64,000 nt of DNA from an archaeon (GTDB taxonomy: Archaea; B1Sed10-29; WALL01): positions 1 to 64,000 of the forward strand of contig JBHOSQ010000004.1 of the NCBI GenBank assembly GCA_042584585.1, written 5' to 3'. Of this stretch, positions 9,483 to 17,953 are shown piece after piece. A model generated the notes under the pieces. It did not search any database and was not told where the DNA came from. It saw only the letters and a list, made by a program, of their open reading frames with translations. Position 1 is the stretch's first letter; each line of letters begins with the position of its first letter. Made by a program: the position numbers and the translations under genes.

Positions 9483-9541
9483 AAGACGACGATTCAAGTT
9501 GTCCCTCTTATTGGGTAACACATATAAAGGGGCAGTGCTTT

Positions 9542-10222
9542 ATGATGAATGTGAACAAAGAGAGCTTGGGTGTGCTTAGGCGGCTGGGTTTGAACCAGTA
9601 TGAGTCGAAGACTTATTTGGCCCTAATGAGCACTCAGGCAAGCACTGCGACGGAATTGTCGGATGTTGCGAGCATCCCGAGGCCCAGGGTTTATGACGTT
9701 TTGGCGAAGCTAGAGAAGCGTGGCTTTGTGATGAGCCAGCCGGGAAGGCCGGCACGGTATTCCGCTGTCCCGGTTTCAGTGGCTGTCGGGGCTTTGAAGC
9801 GCGATAAGAAAAGGGAGCTCGACAAGGAGCTTAGTGAGCTGGACAAGCTCGAAACGCAGTTGGGAAAGCATTTGGACGACACTTCTGCCCCCGTTGGCAA
9901 CGAGGGCGAGGTTTTCACGATTACTGACCGAAAAAGCATTTATTCTGCTCTTGAGGAGCTCATCAAGCAGAGCAACACCCACATTGTGCTGTCGAGCAAC
10001 AAAGAGGGATTGGCCCGAAAGCGGAAGGAGTACGCGCCGCTGTTGCACTTGGCGCAGAAGCGCGGGGTGAACGTGCGGATGGTTGAAGGGCCGAAGCGCG
10101 CGGCGATTGTTGACGACCACTCACTCATCTTCCTGAACGACGGAAAAGGCAGCGCCAAAGCGGACAAGGCCGCGTGGATAAAAAGCGAGTTCGTGTCCAA
10201 GGCTATGCGGAAACTGATTTGA
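9542..10222 (+). CDS. TrmB-family transcriptional regulator
   Basis: LRRLGLNQYESKTYLAL and IPRPRVYDVLAKLEKRGFV wHTH. Start moved to ATG 9542 because the upstream part of the ORF is promoter DNA. Confidence 0.9.
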   Translation: MMNVNKESLGVLRRLGLNQYESKTYLALMSTQASTATELSDVASIPRPRVYDVLAKLEKRGFVMSQPGRPARYSAVPVSVAVGALKRDKKRELDKELSELDKLETQLGKHLDDTSAPVGNEGEVFTITDRKSIYSALEELIKQSNTHIVLSSNKEGLARKRKEYAPLLHLAQKRGVNVRMVEGPKRAAIVDDHSLIFLNDGKGSAKADKAAWIKSEFVSKAMRKLI

Positions 10223-10275
10223 ATTCACACCTATTTTTTGCTGCTGCTACGAAAAAAAGTCAATTATAAAACAGG

Positions 10276-11736
10276 TCACAGCCCCAGCAGCCCGACGAGC
10301 CAGTCAATCAGCATCCCGATGACGCCGCGCTCAGTGGGGTCGATGCCCGTGACCAGGCCGGTGGAAGGAGACTTCGTGGGCTCCGGTGTGGATGTTGGCT
10401 CTGGAGTTGCGGTCGGCTCGGGCCCCACAGGCGGCTCGGGCAAGTTCGGGTTCGGCGTTGGCACCAGTTCTTCGTTGAGCACCAAAACAGCCGTGTCTTT
10501 GCCGACTGTCACGAGCTCAAGCTCGTAGCCGTCGTTGGAAAGCTTGTCGCCGACGTCCAGCTCCCTCATGACGTCGTTGACGAACATGGTTGCGGACGTG
10601 CCGTCCGCCGACATCAAGAACACGTTGTACGCGTCCTCGAAGCTCGCTGCCCGCTTGTTCCGAGTTATGTCGAGCGCGATAAGCTGGCCGACTGTGCCCG
10701 CCTGCTTTTTGGATGCATAGACTGTTCCCGAGCAGCTGTCGCCGTCGGACTCAATGGCTTCGGCAAAGAACGCCCAGCCGCTTTCGATGGAGAGCTCTTG
10801 CGCACCGATGCCGTTCGTCGAGTAGCTGTCGCCGTGCCTCAATTGGGCGCGGTCGCCGGCGAGTGCCTTCTGGAACCCGAGGTATGAGCCGTCTTCCAGC
10901 TCGCCGTAAGGCTTTCCAATACAGTCAAGCTCGAGCCTTCCGCGAGTGGGCTCGATTATTTTGGTGATCATGAGGGAAATTGATGCGGGGTCGTTGTCAC
11001 TGTCGGTGACCCGAATCGCGTAGTCCTCGTCGAGCGGGATGGCGTCTCCAGTGGGGGGGACGAAAAAGGTTTCGCCGCGCCAGATGATTGCTTTGGAGGG
11101 GTTTTCGGGGAGCAGCTTTATTGTTTTGCCGTCTACTTTTGCTGCCGCGCGCTCGCCCCAGCGTAGGGTGAATTCGTTGCTAAGGCCGATTGTCCGCTTC
11201 TCGAGTGGGATGAGCTCGATGGTTGCGGTGGTCGTGCCGTCGGCGTGGCTGCCGGACTTCGACACCAAGTTGATTAGGTGGGTGTCGCCCACGTATTGCA
11301 TGGGCTCGGAAGTGTCAAGGAGTATTTCTTCCCCGTCAATGCTGAACCTGGCGGACGGGTAGGTGGACTTCATCATGAGGATTTCTTTGTCCTTTATTTC
11401 CAGTGCGCTTTTGTCGCACGTGTTCATCTTGACTTCTTCGTTTTCGCTTTCGGAAAAGAATTTCGATGCTCGGAAAATGCACCAGTCAGGAGTCACTTCG
11501 ATTGCGTAGATGAGCCAGTCGTCGGTGACTTCGTAGTAGTCGCCGAAGCGCATGTCGTCGCCGTCGATTTCCAGCTCGATGTCGCTGTAGTGGTCTCCGC
11601 TTTCGATGAGCTCGAAGACGTCGTTGTCGAGGCTCTTGGTGTCGTTGACGTAGAGGGTGAACTCGTTGTCGCACTCTGCGGCTATCGCTAGCGACAAAAG
11701 TAGTGCAATAATTAACACACCTCGCTTCATTGGCAT
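10276..11736 (-). CDS. Secreted acidic surface/S-layer-like protein with PT-rich linker
   Basis: Signal peptide, repeated beta modules, PEPTATPEPT linker, amphipathic C-terminus IGMLIDWLVGLLGL. Confidence 0.7.
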   Translation of the reverse strand: MPMKRGVLIIALLLSLAIAAECDNEFTLYVNDTKSLDNDVFELIESGDHYSDIELEIDGDDMRFGDYYEVTDDWLIYAIEVTPDWCIFRASKFFSESENEEVKMNTCDKSALEIKDKEILMMKSTYPSARFSIDGEEILLDTSEPMQYVGDTHLINLVSKSGSHADGTTTATIELIPLEKRTIGLSNEFTLRWGERAAAKVDGKTIKLLPENPSKAIIWRGETFFVPPTGDAIPLDEDYAIRVTDSDNDPASISLMITKIIEPTRGRLELDCIGKPYGELEDGSYLGFQKALAGDRAQLRHGDSYSTNGIGAQELSIESGWAFFAEAIESDGDSCSGTVYASKKQAGTVGQLIALDITRNKRAASFEDAYNVFLMSADGTSATMFVNDVMRELDVGDKLSNDGYELELVTVGKDTAVLVLNEELVPTPNPNLPEPPVGPEPTATPEPTSTPEPTKSPSTGLVTGIDPTERGVIGMLIDWLVGLLGL

Positions 11737-11769
11737 AATTTAGAATTATTGCATATAAAAAAGGGTAGG

Positions 11770-11901
11770 TGGGGTCGTAGGGATTTGAACCCTAATATAG
11801 TGGTATCCTCGCTCCAAAGTGCAATCATTGGCCCGAAGGCCTCAGCATACCACTTAAAGAACCCTGGAGCCACTCAGGATGCCAAGTTACCTCACGACCC
11901 C
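11770..11901 (-). tRNA. tRNA-Trp(CCA) with 59-nt intron (11805-11863) at 37/38
   Basis: Acceptor GGGGTCG/CGACCCC-A, anticodon stem AGTGG/CCACT with loop CT-CCA-G, T-arm TAGGG-TTCAAAT-CCCTA. Confidence 0.93.
11805..11863 (-). ncRNA. Intron-encoded box C/D guide RNA for pre-tRNA-Trp
   Basis: AGTGGTAT-G-CTGA pairs with the 3' exon junction, and N+5 lands on C39. TTTGGAGC pairs with the anticodon loop. K-turn CTGA-GGCC-TTCG-GGCC-AAT-GA. Confidence 0.8.
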
Positions 11902-11968
11902 GTGAGAAGAATTGTTTTGTTGAACTGGATTTATTAAGGTGCCTCCGGGGGAGACGCTGCCGGCCTAT

Positions 11969-11997
11969 GGGGGGATGCCAATTGGCACCCCCCAAGT
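11969..11997. repeat. G6-GCCAATTGGC-C6-AAGT palindrome, copy 1
   Basis: GGGGGGATGCCAATTGGCACCCCCCAAGT; related copy at 45252-45285. Confidence 0.6.
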
Positions 11998-12013
11998 CCT
12001 TTTTTCTCCCAAG

Positions 12014-12170
12014 CGGACGCGGAGGGATTTGAACCCTCGATTCCTGGCTGGCTCCTCGGTTGTTCATAACCTCATTGCCACCGAAGTGGCTCAGCATAGA
12101 GGAACAGTCATCGCCTAAGGGCGTAACCGAATAGGAGGCCAGTGCCTTATCCAAACTAGGCTACGCGTCC
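12014..12170 (-). tRNA. tRNA-Arg(CCU) with 82-nt intron (12050-12131) at 37/38
   Basis: Acceptor GGACGCG/CGCGTCC-G, D-stem GCCT/AGGC, anticodon stem CTGGC/GCCAG with loop CT-CCT-A. Canonical BHB: CTCC/GGAG helix, TAT and CCA bulges, TCGGTT/AACCGA. Confidence 0.93.
12050..12131 (-). ncRNA. Candidate intron-encoded box C/D sRNA
   Basis: C-like GCGATGA, 13-nt spacer, D' CTGA, GCCAC-TTCG-GTGGC stem, C'-like ATGAGGT, spacer TATGAACAA, D-like CCGA. Confidence 0.7.
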
Positions 12171-12208
12171 ACGAGAACTGTTTTGTGTGTAACGTCTTTT
12201 ATATATAA

Positions 12209-12445
12209 ATGCCCTTAAGCATTGCCATGGAGCACTTTGCTGTTCTGCTTGGGTTCACGAGCTTCTTGCTGCTCGCTGCGACCGGGCAGACCCTAACATT
12301 CTCTTTCGCTGCCGGCGTCGCGGTACTAGTGATAGTGTCGGGAATACGGCTGCAGGAAACAAGAAAGAAAAAGCCGAAACCCACCAAGAAAAAGCCCCGA
12401 AAGCCGACTTCGGCGAAGCCGAAGTCAAAGACTAGGCGCAAGTAA
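12209..12445 (+). CDS. Small two-TM membrane protein with very basic tail
   Basis: Two hydrophobic segments, then KKKPKPTKKKPRKPTSAKPKSKTRRK; TATA element just upstream (start may be ATG 12227). Confidence 0.55.
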   Translation: MPLSIAMEHFAVLLGFTSFLLLAATGQTLTFSFAAGVAVLVIVSGIRLQETRKKKPKPTKKKPRKPTSAKPKSKTRRK

Positions 12446-12854
12446 GGGTGAGGAGGGGAGTTGTGAACCAACAATTTTTTCCCCATTGGCTGGGTGGGCC
12501 CGTTCCGCGTCCCCTCGGTTAGGTGTAGTTCGTGGAGACCATAACTATTCTCCAAATCAATTACGCGATAGTTGTATATATAGTTTTCTCATGGCTAGAC
12601 AAACGTCGACTGCAGTAACGTTTCTGCGATACGTTTGTTTAGTTATTTGCAGTTATTTTTTGGTGTGGCTTTAAAAAAAATTGTGGGCGAATGGAGATAA
12701 GTTTATATATTAGTTTTTAGAAAATATTTAGTCGCTTTGCTTCCTTTGGAAGTGAAGGGCAGTTTCTTGAGGAGATGGTGCGTGCCTCGTATTCTCCATG
12801 GCTGGGTGGGCTCCACCTCTCTTCGCCCTATTGCGGGTAGAGGGACGACCATAC

Positions 12855-13247
12855 TTACTCAGGATGGACCGTGATTTTTACTGGTCCTGAATGCTTCAGG
12901 CATTGGACTAGTTCTTTATCCAGGTCTTTAGCTGCTTTGTCAGCCCCAATCATTAGGGTTCGGGGGTCCACCCAGCCGGACTTCCGGATCACCAGGTCTT
13001 TGTCTGAGAGCGTGAGCTCCGGGTGGCCGGTGCCCACGATAGTGTCTTTGCGGCCGCCGCACTCGATGGTGACGGTCACTGTCTTGGCGGAGCGGAGCTT
13101 TTCCAGGAAGGCTGGGCCGACGTTCCAGTCGCAGTCCACCGCCACAAAGCAGTCGCCGCGGGGCGTCACAGCCTTGTCCCGGGTGAAGGCAAGGGTGGTC
13201 GGGTGCTCGGAACGGACGTTGGGATGCCCTTTTCCAGTGATTAGCAT
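12855..13247 (-). CDS. DUF371 family protein
   Basis: GHPNVRSEHPTTL, TPRGDC, GHPELTL, VIRKS, RTLMIGADKAAKDL. Confidence 0.88.
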   Translation of the reverse strand: MLITGKGHPNVRSEHPTTLAFTRDKAVTPRGDCFVAVDCDWNVGPAFLEKLRSAKTVTVTIECGGRKDTIVGTGHPELTLSDKDLVIRKSGWVDPRTLMIGADKAAKDLDKELVQCLKHSGPVKITVHPE

Positions 13248-13328
13248 TACGGGGAATAGGGGTTCGCCATATAAGAAGCTTTTTATTGGCGCGGTTCCTA
13301 ATTAGCGGGGAACCCTCGTTTTGGTGGC

Positions 13329-16300
13329 GTGATGGGGAAAATCGAGAAAATCAAGATGAAGGACTTCAAGTCCTTCCGTAATGTAATCATCCCTTTCGTG
13401 GATGGCTTTACTTCTGTAGTCGGGCCCAACGGCTCTGGGAAGAGCAATCTCAACGACGCCATAATGTTCGTGCTGGGCGAGGGCTCGATGAAGTCCCTGC
13501 GGGCCGGAAGGCTGACGGACTTGGTGCACCACTCCAGCAAGAGCGGCGAGGCCGAGGTCGTGATTGACCTCCGGGACAACAAGGAAAAGTACACTGTGTC
13601 GCGCAGCATCGACAAGAAGGGCTCGTCGGTCTACCGATTGAACGGCAAGCGGACGACGAAGACCGACGTCATTGAATTGCTTAACTCGATGAGCATCCCC
13701 CCCGAGGGATACAACATCATCATGCAGGGCGACGTCATGAGCATAATCAACATGACGCCGAAGCAAAGGCGGGAGTACATCGACGACATCAGCGGCATCG
13801 CTGAGTACAACCAAAAAAAGGACAAGGCGATGCGCGAACTCGAGAAGGTCGAGGAAAAAATCAAGGAAGCCAACATCATCCTTTACGAGCGCGGCGGATA
13901 CCTCAAGGAAATCAAGAAAGAGAGGGACGAGGCGCTGCGGTACAAGCGGTTCGACGAAGACAGAAAGCAGTTGAAGCACTCAATCATTTACTCCGAGCTC
14001 ACCGAGGTCGAGGCCAACTACAAGGAGTCAAGCGAAAAGGTCGCGACGCTCCGGAAGGACCTTGACGAGCTGCAGGACAACCTCAAAAAGGTGTCTGCGC
14101 AGATAACAAACTGGGAGAACCAGCTTAAGGCGCTGCAGCAGGAAATCATGGACAAGGGCGCGGACGACCAGCGCGACATCTCACGCGAAATCGAGCAGCT
14201 GAAGTCCAAGCTGTCCATCACCCAGGAAAAAATCAAGAACCGCCGGGAAGACATCACTGCGGCAAAGGCCGAGATCGAGAAGGCCAAGCGCCTCATCGAG
14301 GAAGGCAGGGCAGAGGCCGGCGAGAAAAAGGAAGCACTCAAGAAGCTGAAGGAAGAGGACGACGCGTACGCCGCGAGAATCAAGGAAAAGGGCGGCGAGT
14401 TAGAGGCGTACATGGCCGAGCTCCGCGAGAAAAACCTCTTGGTCGGCGACATCACGAAGAAGCTCGAGGACATGAACGACGACATCGCAAAGAAAAAGGA
14501 ATTGTTCTACGAGGTCAAGGGGCGCCTCGACCAAATTCGTGAAAAAATCAGCGTCAAGAAGCTGAGCATGAGCGACCGGGGCGTGGAGCGCGAGGAAAGC
14601 GACAAGCGCATCGACGAGCTCAAGGAAGCGTTCGACACTGTGAACCACCAGTTCGCCGAGCAAAAGCGCAGGTTCAAGGGCCACGAGCAAGAGCTCGAGC
14701 AGATGTTCGCGCAGGAAAAAGCGTTGAACAAGGAGTACTCCGAAGTGGACTCCGAGCTCGACGCCGTGCGCGAAAAGTACCACTCACTGCAGTCCAAGGT
14801 CACGACCATTCGGCACATGACCGGCAACACCGCCAGCGACTCAGTCATGAAGGCAAAGGACGAATTGCCCGGCGTGATTGGGACGGTCGAGGAGCTGTGC
14901 TCGTTTGACGTGGAGTACGCGACCGCAATCCAAACCGCGGCCGGCGCCAGGATGCACTTCATAGTCACGAAGGACTCTGCGGCCGCGACGAACGCAATCA
15001 AGTGGCTGAAGCGCAAGAAGCTCGGGCGCACCACGTTCATTCCGCTTGACCGCATCCGCCCCATCGAGATAAGCCAGCAGGCAGAAAACGCGATGCGCAA
15101 CCCGAAGGCCATCGACTTCGCGATTAAGCTCGTTAAGTTCAAGAAAGAGCACCACAACGTGTTCTCGTACGTGTTCGGCGACACCGTGGTTGTCGAGAAC
15201 ATTGACGCTGCCAAGGAAATCGGTTTCGGGACCTGCAGGATGGCGACGATGGACGGCGACTTGGCCGAGGCCAGCGGAGCGGTGACCGGCGGGTTCAAGC
15301 GCGGCTCGCTCACGCTGCAGGAAATAAAGAACGTGGACGAGCTCAAGGAAAAGAGCGAGAAGCTGCAGAAGAAACAGGAAAAGCTCATGCGCGGGCTTGA
15401 GGAGCTGCGCGAGAAGATGAACTACTCCCGCAGCCAGAAAGCCGAGGCGGAGCTGAAGGCGGCGGAGTCAGAGGTGCGTGTGAACGAGCTTCAGCAGAGG
15501 ATGGACGACCACCGCACCATGACCAAGAAGTATTCATTGTCCGCGGAGGACATCGAGAAGGAAATCGCGTCGATGAAGACCGAGCTCATCGAGAACGAGA
15601 AGAAGATGAAAGAGCTGCAGGCCGACATCCACGAGGCGGAGGAAAAGAAGGAGCTGGCGAAGGAAAAGATTGACTCGCCGGAGAGCAGAGTAGTGTCGCA
15701 GCGCTTAGAGGAGATGCAAAAGCGGGTGCAGTCGCTGCGCGACCAGCGCGCCGAGGTCATGATACAAATCAATTCCATCAACGCGGAGCTCGACAAGTAC
15801 ATGGGCGAGCGGGAGAAGGCGAGGCTTGAGGCCGTCAAGGAGAACGAGGACCTGATTAAGGAATGGGCCGAGCAGGTCAAGAGCCTCGAAAAAGACGACA
15901 AAGAGGCCCAAGTGGTCCTGAAGGAAAAGCTGGTGCAGGAGAAAGAGATTTCTTCGTCCATCCGCGGCCTGGTGGAGCGGAGGGACTCGCTTGAGGGCGA
16001 GGTGAGGAAGCTTGCGGAGCAAAGGGGCCAGCTGCAGAGGCAGTCCGAGAGCAAGCAGTCACTTTTCAACGACGAGAACTTCAAGAAGGCAAAGTGGGAG
16101 ACCCGCCTCACCGACCTTAAGGCTGAGTTCGACGAGGAGGCGCCGGTCAAGGACTTCAAGATGAGCATCGACGAGATGAAGGAAGAGGTCGAGAACCTGC
16201 GGAACAAGATGATTCGGCTTGAGCCAATCAACCTGGCGGCGGTCGAGAAGTACGACAAGTACGTCGCCGAGCTTGACGTGATGAAGGACAAGGCAAACAA

Positions 16301-16850
16301 GCTGGGCGAAGAAAAGGAATCTGTATTGGCGCTGATGGAAGAAATCGAGTCGCACAGAAAAGAGGCGTTCATGGAAGCGTTCAGCGAGATTCGCAACCAC
16401 CTCAACAAGATTTACAAGCGGTTTTATCCAGAGACCGAGGCGTATGCCGACATCAGCCTGCAGAACGAGGCCGAGCCCTTCGAGGGCGGGTTGCTTATCG
16501 AGGCGAGGCCGGCCGGCAAGCAAATGAAAATTATTGACGCGATGAGCGGCGGCGAAAAAACGCTTGCCGCGCTGGCGTTCCTCTTCGCGGTGCAGGAGTA
16601 CAAGCCGAGCCCGTTCTACATACTTGACGAGGCCGACGCCGCGCTGGACAAGCCGAACTCAGAGCGCTTGGCGCACATGATTCAGACGCGGACCGGGGAC
16701 TCACAGTTCATAGTGATTACGCACAACAACCCGATGATTCACGTGAGCGACCAGATTGTTGGCGTGTCGATGAACAAGGAAAAGGGCAGCTCCATCGTTG
16801 AAGTGGACTTGAAGCGGCTTGAGGCAAGCGACGCCCTGAGCCTCAAGTAA
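13329..16850 (+). CDS. smc: Chromosome segregation protein SMC
   Basis: Walker A GPNGSGKSN, long coiled coils, hinge GRTTFIPLD/GAVTGG, signature MSGGEK, Walker B YILDEADAALD. Confidence 0.97.
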   Translation: MMGKIEKIKMKDFKSFRNVIIPFVDGFTSVVGPNGSGKSNLNDAIMFVLGEGSMKSLRAGRLTDLVHHSSKSGEAEVVIDLRDNKEKYTVSRSIDKKGSSVYRLNGKRTTKTDVIELLNSMSIPPEGYNIIMQGDVMSIINMTPKQRREYIDDISGIAEYNQKKDKAMRELEKVEEKIKEANIILYERGGYLKEIKKERDEALRYKRFDEDRKQLKHSIIYSELTEVEANYKESSEKVATLRKDLDELQDNLKKVSAQITNWENQLKALQQEIMDKGADDQRDISREIEQLKSKLSITQEKIKNRREDITAAKAEIEKAKRLIEEGRAEAGEKKEALKKLKEEDDAYAARIKEKGGELEAYMAELREKNLLVGDITKKLEDMNDDIAKKKELFYEVKGRLDQIREKISVKKLSMSDRGVEREESDKRIDELKEAFDTVNHQFAEQKRRFKGHEQELEQMFAQEKALNKEYSEVDSELDAVREKYHSLQSKVTTIRHMTGNTASDSVMKAKDELPGVIGTVEELCSFDVEYATAIQTAAGARMHFIVTKDSAAATNAIKWLKRKKLGRTTFIPLDRIRPIEISQQAENAMRNPKAIDFAIKLVKFKKEHHNVFSYVFGDTVVVENIDAAKEIGFGTCRMATMDGDLAEASGAVTGGFKRGSLTLQEIKNVDELKEKSEKLQKKQEKLMRGLEELREKMNYSRSQKAEAELKAAESEVRVNELQQRMDDHRTMTKKYSLSAEDIEKEIASMKTELIENEKKMKELQADIHEAEEKKELAKEKIDSPESRVVSQRLEEMQKRVQSLRDQRAEVMIQINSINAELDKYMGEREKARLEAVKENEDLIKEWAEQVKSLEKDDKEAQVVLKEKLVQEKEISSSIRGLVERRDSLEGEVRKLAEQRGQLQRQSESKQSLFNDENFKKAKWETRLTDLKAEFDEEAPVKDFKMSIDEMKEEVENLRNKMIRLEPINLAAVEKYDKYVAELDVMKDKANKLGEEKESVLALMEEIESHRKEAFMEAFSEIRNHLNKIYKRFYPETEAYADISLQNEAEPFEGGLLIEARPAGKQMKIIDAMSGGEKTLAALAFLFAVQEYKPSPFYILDEADAALDKPNSERLAHMIQTRTGDSQFIVITHNNPMIHVSDQIVGVSMNKEKGSSIVEVDLKRLEASDALSLK

Positions 16851-16882
16851 AGCATTTAAGTACCACTCTCTTTATTGCCACC

Positions 16883-17953
16883 ATGCAACTGGTTTGCCCG
16901 CGCTGCAAGAAAAAGTACAAGCCAGCCAAAGGCAGGTACTTGTGTGACTGCGGCTCTGTCATGCTTGTGGAGTACAAGAAGCTGCGCTGGGACCCAAAAG
17001 GAGATGGAGTGTGGAGGTACAAGTCTTGCCTGCCGCACAAGGGAAAGCATTACTCACTCCAGGAGGGCGGGACCCCGCTCGTGAAGGGGCTGGACCGGGA
17101 CGCATACTACAAGCTCGAGGGCGACAACCCCACCGGCTCGTTCAAGGACAGGGGCACGACGGTGGTTGTGTCGAAGGCGGTTGCGGACGGGTTCAAGTGC
17201 GTGAGCGCCGCGTCGACCGGCAACATGGGCGCGAGTGTGGCTGCGTACGCCGCTTACTCGAACATCAAGTCCAAGATATTCATCCCGACAAACACTGCTG
17301 TGAACAAGCTGGCCCAAATAATCGCTTACGACGCCAAGCTCATTAAGGTGAAGGGGAACTACCACGACGCGGTCACTAAGTCATGGGAAGACGGCGCAAA
17401 GGGAAGCTGCCTCGCGATGACTGGGATTAACCCATACTACCTGGAGGGAGAGAAGACGCTCGGGTATGAATTGTTCGAGGGCATGGGCGTCCCGGACAAA
17501 ATAATCGTGCCCGTTGGCACCGGGGGCTTAATCACGGCGATTCACAAGGCGTTCGTAGAGCTTAAGCAAATGAAAAAAGCCAAGAAGATCCCTCAGATGA
17601 TTGGGGTGCAGCCCGTGAACTGCGCGCCGATCGCAAAGGCATGGGCGGCGGGGCTGAACCGTGCCGAGCGCGTGGAAAAGTGCAACACGATTGCCTCCGC
17701 CATATTGGTGAAGACTCCATTCAACGACTTGACCGCGCTGAACGCCATTCGCGATTCAAAGGGCGAGGCCGTGACCGTGACTGAAGGGGCGATAAAGAAG
17801 TCCATTAGGGGATTGGGGCGAGAGGGCGTGTTCGCAGAGCCCGCGAGCGCGACTGCATTGGCTGCGTATGAAAAAATCGACAAGAAAAAAGGCGACAAGA
17901 TTGCCTTGATAATCACTGGCTCCGGGCTGAAGGACCCGAGCGCGGTTATTTGA
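16883..17953 (+). CDS. thrC: Threonine synthase-like PLP enzyme with N-terminal Zn ribbon
   Basis: NPTGSFKDRG PLP lysine, ASTGN, VPVGTGG, EPASA, ITGSGLKD. Confidence 0.85.
   Translation: MQLVCPRCKKKYKPAKGRYLCDCGSVMLVEYKKLRWDPKGDGVWRYKSCLPHKGKHYSLQEGGTPLVKGLDRDAYYKLEGDNPTGSFKDRGTTVVVSKAVADGFKCVSAASTGNMGASVAAYAAYSNIKSKIFIPTNTAVNKLAQIIAYDAKLIKVKGNYHDAVTKSWEDGAKGSCLAMTGINPYYLEGEKTLGYELFEGMGVPDKIIVPVGTGGLITAIHKAFVELKQMKKAKKIPQMIGVQPVNCAPIAKAWAAGLNRAERVEKCNTIASAILVKTPFNDLTALNAIRDSKGEAVTVTEGAIKKSIRGLGREGVFAEPASATALAAYEKIDKKKGDKIALIITGSGLKDPSAVI

Noticed and set aside
9296-9541. N-terminal 82 aa of the TrmB ORF
   Set aside because: AT-rich promoter DNA with TATA boxes; TrmB similarity begins at ATG 9542.
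11749-12154. Small ORFs at 11749-11937 and 11825-12154
   Set aside because: They overlap the two tRNA genes.
12735-12853. 5S rRNA or fluoride riboswitch in the roughly 120-nt structured segment
   Set aside because: No 5S conserved motifs; GGAGATGG...CTCC is present but the riboswitch 3' motif and a crcB-type downstream gene are not.
12483-12853. CRISPR mini-array
   Set aside because: Only two short repeats about 310 bp apart and no cas genes.
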